This document shows positions 59,801 to 64,000 of a stretch of DNA of 64,000 bases, piece by piece. Location of the stretch: positions 1-64,000 of the IMG/VR virus record IMGVR_UViG_3300020367_000004; one strand, 5' to 3'. The notes beneath the pieces are model-generated. The model saw nothing but the letters and a program-made list of their open reading frames with translations. It was not told the origin of the DNA and ran no database searches. Within the stretch, counting starts at the first letter, position 1. Every line of letters begins with the position of its first letter. Origin of the DNA: a virus (lineage: Duplodnaviria; Caudoviricetes). The position numbers and the translations under genes were made by a program.

Positions 59801-62800
59801 TCCAAGGACCAGGTGGAACTGCTACTGGTGAAATTGTAAGAATTGACTTTGAAGCAAACCCTGTAAGATTATATTACTTAAAATCTAGTGAAGCAGAGAT
59901 TCAAGATGGAGAAACAATACAGAGATACTTCCCTGATGCACAAGGAAATAGATTACTAGATTCTCTTACAGAAGTAGTTTCTGGTGATAATGTATTAGGA
60001 GATATTGTTGATACTCTTATCATTAACAAAGGATCTACATTCAACGGTATTATATTTGAAAGACTTATATCTCTAACTAACCAGAACGTAATTCTTGACA
60101 ATATTGCTGAGACTACGATTACACCTACTACATTAACAGATCCAGACAATCGTATTAATGCTGACTTCCTAGATTTTGAAGAAGTAAGATCTACTGAAAT
60201 TGAATATGAGAACCTAACTGGTGGTGTAATAGCAGCAAACGATATGCTTCGTTCTATTACATTTGAATATGGTAACCAAGTAACTAACGCTAAGAATAGA
60301 TGGCAAGATGGTGGTCGTATGATCGCCCTAAACAAAGACGAGATCGTTGACTTTGCTAATGCACAGATAGCAGTTGAGCACCCAGGATTCTACTATCCAG
60401 GTGATAACATGACTGATGCTTGGAGTAGATATGCTGATGCTTATCGTCTAATCATCAGAAATATAGATTACATTGCTAACAAAGCATATGCATTGATGGT
60501 TGCACAATATCCATCATTAACAATTCCATCTGGACCTAAGTGTATTAGAGATACCAAGTATATGATCGAGGCATTGGCATTCGACGTTTACAGTGGTGGT
60601 ACGAAATACACACGCAAATTGTTACAAAAGTATTTCTCAACTGATGGTACGACCTTCTTATATGTAAATAATGAGGCAGAGGCAACTAACTATGCATTTG
60701 GTCAGGCAGTTAGTTTGATGAAACAGGCATTGAGTAATATGCTCACTGGTTCTGAAACTGTTGATGGTGTGACCTACGTTAAGTATAATGAAAGAACTGC
60801 TGGTGGTTCCAGCGGAACTGGGATTACTGCTGACCCTTCACCAGGTAATCCTTATGGAACTGCTGGCACAAATACCACAAACTATGGTGCTACTAATTGT
60901 TCAGATGTTCAGTCAGCTTTACAAACTTTATATGACAACGTTTCTGTTGTACTTACTGCTGGTTCTCTCGCTGATTTACTTGACGAGGTAACTGTCACAC
61001 AGTACACTGCACATGAAATTAAGTGCAGAAGAGACATAGGATATCTTGTAGATGCATTATCAGCAGATATTACAAGTGATGGTAACTTCCAAACTGTTAA
61101 GTTTATCAAGACATACTTTGATAATCTTGGTGTTCCTATTACTAACGGATTTGTAGGAGAGGTAAAAGAATATCTATCTGCATTTAAGCATGTAGCAGAA
61201 TTATGTAAGAAAGCAATCAATAATTTATTATATGTACAGGTCAACACAAGAACACCTGAGACAGGTTATATGTTGAAAGATCCAACAACATATCAAGGTC
61301 CTTATCTTGGTGCTGCTGGAACTACACTAACACAATTTACACCAACTGCTGTCACATATACTCCTGCTAATGGTCAATTAGTAATGACTATTGGTAGTCA
61401 TAGTTTGACAACATCAGATACTGTTAAGATTAGACCTTACAGTTTGAACTTTACATGTACTATGGACGGTGGAGCAACATTCCACCCATATCCTAGAACA
61501 GGTGATCCAGCATTTAACGCTGATCTAAATATATCTGCTACAACACCTACATCTATTACTGTTGATGTTGGTGCATCACCTCTTGTACAATACACACCTA
61601 CTGGTGCAACATACGACCCAGCAACAGGTGTGATGGTATTGACTATTGGATCTCATAACCTTGATATAGGTGATCCAGTTACGATTGCTGACCTTTCAAT
61701 TACATTTACTTGTACACAAGACAACAACACCACACCAAAACAATATCCAAGAACAACTGACCCTGCATCTGGTGCATCTTTACCAGTTGTTGCTAAGGAT
61801 TCAACTACTATATCTGTAAACGTTGGTGCTTCTGCTCAGACCGATCAATATGCACATACATTCGTTACTGCCTCTTCTAACGCTGTTAGCAGTGGTGGTG
61901 GTTTCACTCATACATTTATTTCTGCTGAACCTAATGCTGTATACAATGGGGGCGGAACCGAAGCAGCATATTATGATCCTAATTATTATAGTGGAGTTAA
62001 CGAAGGTCTTGGTAATTGTGCAGACGTTCAAGCAGGCATTCATACATTAATAACACACGTTACTACTGCAATAGGTGCAGGATCACTTAGTGCTGTTCCT
62101 ACTGGTGCTGCTCTAAATGATGGTGGATATGTAGAGAATGAAAACCTCAGAGTATTTAAGATTGCATATAAAGATCTAGAAGGTAATGGATTCTTCCTTC
62201 CTGGTGAAACAATCAGAGGTGCAACTTCTAATGCTAACTTTATATGTAAGGGAACAAACGCTGGATTGAAGTGGTTGTTCACTAACGCTGTTACTGGTTC
62301 ATTCCAAGATAGAGAGTATGTCTCTAACTCTAAATTAACTGTTAATGGTTCTGCTGTTCTAACAAAACTACAAAAGAAAGCAGGAACACAATCAATAAGA
62401 TTCGACGCTGGTTCTTACTTAGCACATACATTATCTGATCGTCAGAAGTTTGGTACTAATGACTTTACTATTGAAATGTGGATACGTCCTAATGCAGTGA
62501 CTGGTACACAGTTCTTATACGACACAAGAACTACAAGTGCAACATTGGTAGGATCTCCTGTATTATATCTTGATGGAACACAAATCAAATACTGGTACAA
62601 TAGCACAGATCAAATTGCTGGTGCACATAACTTAACTGCTAATGTTTGGAGTCATATTGCTGTTACCAGAACAACAGGTATTACTAAGTTATTTGTAAAT
62701 GGTACACAAGTTGGTGGTGATTACAATGATACTAATGACTACCTAGAAAGACCATTTACTATTGCTGCTGATTGGCAGGGTGCTAATGGATTTGTTGGAC

Positions 62801-64000
62801 ATATGGATAACTTCCTACTCCATACAGAATCTAAGTACTCAAATACATTTACCCCAGGATTTACATATCCAACAGATACTGCCAAGGTAACATTTGGATT
62901 AGATTGTGAGTCACCAATAATTATCAGTACAGAAGACTGCTTCGGTATATACACAGGTCAGACAAACTCTACTGCTACAAGTAAGAAAGTTAATTATGAT
63001 ACTAAGGAAGTTATCATTGAAGATATTGACCTAGGTAGAGACTCATATAGAGAAGCAGCAGATATATTAGAACTTAACTTAGACTGGATGGCAGAAACTG
63101 CTGTTGGTTTAATGGCAGCAAAATATCCTGATTTCATAATTCCAGGTGATAGTAATACTAGCACAACTGGTACTGCTAAGTGTGTTCGTGATACTAAGGA
63201 ATATATCGCAAAAGCAATTATTGCTGACCTTAGATATGGTGGTAATTATAACAGTACAATCTCTGGTAGAGGATATCTAACCAAGGCGGGTGGTTTAGAT
63301 TACGTTGGTAATGAACTTCTACAATCTGTATATGCTTGGAATGAACTTGCTAATGTAATGAACTATATCATTACAACTACAAGTAGTGATCTTGTAAATT
63401 ATCCTGCTGCTGGAACTAAGTATACAGAGATTCTAAGAGTTCCTAATAACTTCTCTTCTCCTGCATCTCAGGCAATACAAGATGAGATAACAAATCTAGC
63501 AGATCAAATAATTAATATTCTTGCTCCTACTGGTGATAGGTTCAGAGATGCGGGTGATGCATTATGGAAGAATCGAGATTACATTGCAGAAGAAGTTGCT
63601 CTTAAAATACAAGATGATTATAAAGCAAATATCAATGGCACAGATTATGACTTCTTAGTGATGCCTGGATATGGTCAACCATATTGTGAAAGAGATATTA
63701 AGGTTTACATTCTTCCTGCTGTTGTTACTGATCTATTAACAGGTGGTAACTCTGCTACACAATATGCTATTGATCAATACATCAATCCTTCTAGTCAGAT
63801 CATTCATGTAGAAGATCAACTAAGTGCTATGTTGGATGCATTTGAGCATACTAAGAAATTAGCACATCATGCAATCAACCAAACACTATTAACATTCGGT
63901 ACAACTGCATCTAGTCTTGGAATCTCAGCTGAATATGTAGATGATTACTATGTTGCTCAGTACACACAGATAGAAGCATACAGAGATACAACAGTCACCA
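47821..64000 (+). CDS. gp7: Giant baseplate wedge initiator gp7-like protein (>5,390 aa, 3'-truncated by window; absent from ORF track)
   Basis: MFADKINISDRVSNQLPEFIRDED..FLFEYYKSQE follows gp6; IKDFYISKGT..YLFKILFGE motif near 49930; many G.GYT..P repeats; frame open in all spot checks to the end (YTQIEAYRDTTVT), and the ORF track lists no terminated ORF in this frame. Confidence 0.88.
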   Translation, partial: MFADKINISDRVSNQLPEFIRDEDQQLVNFLFEYYKSQEKTGRAYNVLNNLLEYLDIDAYDPKILTSNTILIKDVDTSVEKIEVEQIDGFLPKDGSVMIDNEVIYYQETVRGPDAILTPGISLEEFNKKRQNLESPITLFDGVKTTFDLKFLGTPVSPVSADHLVVTVYGTMMQPTVDYTISGSQIVFTTPPRAKTGTDQTEFTQILYYIGFADSVIKKLEYPDVATLAGDESMPITYNSQPYSPISEIGLIINRNGTLQRPYIDYVLTDNNTRIKFFVNITSQDVYHIRSIEYVSPSVGSGAEAVTRIGVNGEIEAIIIKNGGSGYELNFAPKVSIYSSTGVGGNSAARSLVSGIKNIQLISGGQGYTSYNPPLINITPPSDLINGSRATAAITVDDLTGQVDSVTITDSGSGYDFIPAITFQNPGGASISDPTIDGEGRLNVDSITVTSQGIGYSNPPTIYIDPAPVDGIDAEASCTVSPDGQVVQVTINNRGRGYLTAPRARIIQPVGAQVLDVTVANGSVTNINLLTGGAGYTDAPSVYIVDDRKGPLGEAIGGTGALAAATIFNGEITDINIISFGTGYSESSPPKVYIAEPLSAASSCDVGFGEITGCKILSAGSYYEPSAFLNCARGVSDIVQFDNYGNQIYAKEAQLAQTDHSSGAVVHNLDSQIIRQVFDKFRRQYMPTINIDYSQVNPIQVIKTIKDFYISKGTKTAAQYLFKILFGEQVDVYYPREELVTPSAASWIVDTILRAELISGDPANLPNSQLNQFADDVDPNIGDANVLIENVISIIEGTDVIYELAISEETLSGVFKIPYKTVLAEPLTTTENIITVDSTIGWPEKNGTIIIGDSEVVQYKEKSLNQFIECTRSKNGVVEDWDPGTTIFSDIFVYVNRGLTTEVKLRVLGIAEAGTTVLEDSGSYYLPGDKLNVAALGSTANDKRLNSWLYNVKKLISVTQITPTQNSNSISQIANVVCSNPHGLLVEDKVTIYGANPAVYNGTFEVTSRLDEFTFTYNLPVPTDIIPQGNILLSVDLNRGKSTVTSINEVISLFTSNIQNSFFNSAYVYIAASGLPNYKVGPFTGSALIPGNQRKLLRFPRTVETVSTRTIVAPNTPIGSWVNGVAAWSYKSAEVVTFGPLTSISILTNGQDYDAGSKPALEISGGGGTGAAATVTVNGSLFSIAVTNEGSGYTEQPLISIVGGGGSGATAQAVVTNGRVTRILVENAGTGYTSQPTISITGGGGVGALASAQVRGPISGVTLTSPGAGYTSTPSIRLNSGEGALAQPIVINGRIVSIAIINSGSGYTTAPTIFINGDGFGAQAVAVIGTLGEDKGKVISVTITNRGVGYTQGMTTVRLEAVGQLATFQANVFQWNKNLEYELASKYDVARGYVFTGFNNQYGGEYAHISDPKELRYVVGDNVVLDPVTQSFREIGVNEAHSPIIGWAFDGNPIYGPYGYIDPTDQNSGLRRMRSSYKLKDEVVFDADTNPTPSRTDGPALSSYPAGIFVNDYEYTFQRGDLDPYNGRFCKTPDFPAGTYAYFITIDESDEGLPVFPYIIGPQFNSVVDTWNLSLNAVQENIPLDVSRFRDPYANVDIDIERQPNQESDQFVTEKEGDLIIFEIEDIDGDGIITPVEIANQQAVTEEAALQIYDYFPLVSAESRVDIEVETTTKFESAQIDGFVIENPGVSYQVNDTLFFDNTGTGGFGASAQIESVVGQSIASYQKEIINDIPYGKIVTSANHELIAQDEIIVSSRVITENTNKRFYMSVVTGIETISVDQIGVGYNEQIPATYEIIASQGQDVELDVVLDTTTGKIDTVNIINSGYGYSVDAIPQIRVSHPQQYKKTYYWVNQYAESSASFEIFDIQPADDRTWYVCGELTETNGNSSAFLAKFSDLGGVIWDRTLLPSASIKKARFKRIYLDQTTADDHIIYVLGETESQSTAAYNPDILVVKYQSGLDNANNPEGIVEWQKEIAGVSGSTRSDYAGDLYMDDEQRLYICGWTDTNSVDPDDIWIMQLNSLGDVIEKRKFASPNQGEQLHQIHYIGDDKIIFTGIDLDNNDLMFGEMIYDGSNIEMRYVKKLAVSGGQVRRPQFVIDSYNDLFFTCDMWNGTKHYGVALFKIAMSQVETTAANPTWIFSKIIAPSIAFESITHAGISLDEFGNINLVTHVLYEDNNQQAVINYIKYDGTTLKKSNVISGAWNSGTSSTDYGLGFTAHNHTVDNSGDVIIPANIQKSVQSAVYRFNDTNDLYFDSTKQKKAIPTIVNSAQLVYDSTVQKFGTGSLKFQQYGSLSWANLDNNDDWTVAMWVKMDTSHDSNNPIMEMITAIDDAGSTVKLNIIGAASDANFGKIRMVIAPQGASAVTVDSVGSTYFNTMDAGNWHHIAFVKEEPSLGSYDYSVYFDGVRTNTATSTADIAMDDLTIGCATSGQAITNSFLGHIDDIAIEPRAVYTGSSLQVPTERYRITTVNSNTDYIKFDREHSKRADYQTSTDGIVFTENTNLNINNLNNPVITVWNEGASGLQILDYSDVTSQLSPGTYTFSETITTFASKTSTIPTPLGKRLLITPNVVAKYYIRDAGYSKIDNVLEFTFNQDIKYSKGSIIQQFNSQGVTQAFGTIVEVPTGTLNNPGLGNKYKIGKIYGNFNDSDRFRNDTNEENTIDNVEFNVKRPQEQWVTGKAYVVGDQVYSAGKIYAATNSATSGVTAPTHSIGIVTDGAVTWNFISVSGTLQVNLADYAWPRPSEPEWEENRSYSANDFVYYGRYKYQAQADGIAGPTAPVHTTGTVSDGNVDWAYVSTYTGLDSFARFRPYAENDYRVQIMGIYTDSDFIVGDVISLGNSITAIPNADNPKIADIDGIGSVSKIRFTVNLDKDIIRTANARTDLIYATATTAHNLNANDILYVEGFTTAEFNGSFFVQELFSSRDYTYRLRSTATADPLFVNSGIANVKISSKHPTLLLVRNHSYIFDMSDASNFGYFLSFSQDNQFKLEYSFNVIEREGTPGVASATETPTVQFTIGGEVTNITYYFDPSRLGSNSPVGANSFIDVIKTPFDGTFRISEVLSDTEFRFPLLHEPEFTNANIGLDDQDQPNSKYSTTSVKAIGPINNIKLISPGGFYQRLPVVSDIASDRKIEKVRIGNGGTEYAVGVYTQVPILGDGEGGLVQITVEVDEEIGSGTITDVALTDPGKGYTEASIDVDGIEGILGPTLSGSGAELNVIIPAEGSGAAVFLTGRQIGKIKTLKNNEFGYGYSHDYTLRPEIAFPVNLQLFNTSILSQITITNPGAGYTSPPSVIIEGGGGSGAEAEAIVKNNRLSEILIKNPGAGYSSQPSVTLKSEFTYVVNLDLNYLQFNFPHGITTGAAVQFRAEDIGSTVGVLPKPSSVGLTSLSSTQTYYAITGDANSLESDQLRFALTPVDAQSGNFITFLTQGDGRQVLLTEVFGGQADAIVETSRFLEGEEVFQGETYELASAFGFVSENEGWQIQPKILKITNPRGDFVVGGKVQGVISRASGIVDNLNIAKGVLNIDALTRTPGRFIDDVGKPSEIVQKIQDSYFYQNFSYVIKSKIPINRWKEQILENNHPVGFNMFGQLELTGGKDVSGRKVIAGFTKQVNINEYTNVNQITSFGAAQPIYSTFNNSEVLFRKKRLTNSEEILTSIVKKIDNIASQFDGSRKSFPIAVEGENLVVNENQLLITLNGIIQAPGTSYSVVGNNIVFAEPPKPDSKVVYRNVEVDLYPITRFNLNTIGGIFPSIGDTVFGFVSNATARVVATGATSIDVVDIQNGPFVLNERIDVSRTGFSALIGSIDDSITKIFLQNIGGEFTQSALAGDKVTGATTGATATIQTVDAVNQTIDVVDMANGYFDRGENVSFFAAGYGANVLNVDSVNYKTIFEFGETVTSLDGNTAVIEENNLDLDGVIDDKLVLSKTSGTSEYETGTYSIFLNDIIYSASSNIAAKITSISPYRDPIVSINLVRPVGSTSGSWSTFEEGDKFQGPGGTATGEIVRIDFEANPVRLYYLKSSEAEIQDGETIQRYFPDAQGNRLLDSLTEVVSGDNVLGDIVDTLIINKGSTFNGIIFERLISLTNQNVILDNIAETTITPTTLTDPDNRINADFLDFEEVRSTEIEYENLTGGVIAANDMLRSITFEYGNQVTNAKNRWQDGGRMIALNKDEIVDFANAQIAVEHPGFYYPGDNMTDAWSRYADAYRLIIRNIDYIANKAYALMVAQYPSLTIPSGPKCIRDTKYMIEALAFDVYSGGTKYTRKLLQKYFSTDGTTFLYVNNEAEATNYAFGQAVSLMKQALSNMLTGSETVDGVTYVKYNERTAGGSSGTGITADPSPGNPYGTAGTNTTNYGATNCSDVQSALQTLYDNVSVVLTAGSLADLLDEVTVTQYTAHEIKCRRDIGYLVDALSADITSDGNFQTVKFIKTYFDNLGVPITNGFVGEVKEYLSAFKHVAELCKKAINNLLYVQVNTRTPETGYMLKDPTTYQGPYLGAAGTTLTQFTPTAVTYTPANGQLVMTIGSHSLTTSDTVKIRPYSLNFTCTMDGGATFHPYPRTGDPAFNADLNISATTPTSITVDVGASPLVQYTPTGATYDPATGVMVLTIGSHNLDIGDPVTIADLSITFTCTQDNNTTPKQYPRTTDPASGASLPVVAKDSTTISVNVGASAQTDQYAHTFVTASSNAVSSGGGFTHTFISAEPNAVYNGGGTEAAYYDPNYYSGVNEGLGNCADVQAGIHTLITHVTTAIGAGSLSAVPTGAALNDGGYVENENLRVFKIAYKDLEGNGFFLPGETIRGATSNANFICKGTNAGLKWLFTNAVTGSFQDREYVSNSKLTVNGSAVLTKLQKKAGTQSIRFDAGSYLAHTLSDRQKFGTNDFTIEMWIRPNAVTGTQFLYDTRTTSATLVGSPVLYLDGTQIKYWYNSTDQIAGAHNLTANVWSHIAVTRTTGITKLFVNGTQVGGDYNDTNDYLERPFTIAADWQGANGFVGHMDNFLLHTESKYSNTFTPGFTYPTDTAKVTFGLDCESPIIISTEDCFGIYTGQTNSTATSKKVNYDTKEVIIEDIDLGRDSYREAADILELNLDWMAETAVGLMAAKYPDFIIPGDSNTSTTGTAKCVRDTKEYIAKAIIADLRYGGNYNSTISGRGYLTKAGGLDYVGNELLQSVYAWNELANVMNYIITTTSSDLVNYPAAGTKYTEILRVPNNFSSPASQAIQDEITNLADQIINILAPTGDRFRDAGDALWKNRDYIAEEVALKIQDDYKANINGTDYDFLVMPGYGQPYCERDIKVYILPAVVTDLLTGGNSATQYAIDQYINPSSQIIHVEDQLSAMLDAFEHTKKLAHHAINQTLLTFGTTASSLGISAEYVDDYYVAQYTQIEAYRDTTVT

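Noticed and set aside
377-62954. Minus-strand ORFs and short alternative-frame + ORFs in the track
   Set aside because: They are shadows of long, motif-bearing + strand genes (especially inside gcvP, the fibres and gp7), with no recognisable motifs or RBS context

Overview
This is a 64-kb segment of an AT-rich T4-like cyanomyophage genome (Kyanoviridae-like; a Prochlorococcus/Synechococcus host is inferred). All credible genes are on the + strand. In order: the 3' end of a gp5-like baseplate hub gene; small ORFs and an intact-looking glycine decarboxylase P-protein (gcvP); a late tail-fibre/glycine-rich adhesin module; a tryptophan-halogenase-like gene and a run of 2OG-Fe(II)/JmjC oxygenases (12 in the window); an SF2 helicase; a ~12-kb island of tiny ORFs; a repeat-rich non-coding boundary (37.3-38.2 kb); then NlpC/P60, AbrB-like, a large virion protein, PAAR, gp25, gp6 and a >5,390-codon gp7-like ORF that runs off the window and is missing from the ORF track. 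The most notable unexplained structure is regulatory. Twelve copies of a promoter cassette (24-bp dyad TGTGACAG-N8-GTGTCACA about 30 nt upstream of a -10 box) and 11 copies of a CAACCAC leader box head the gene blocks from the helicase through the island. Two hairpin-dense non-coding stretches lie in the island, and one displays the complement of the leader box in a loop, which suggests an RNA-based control system for early genes. All calls come from reading motifs by eye; no searches were run.
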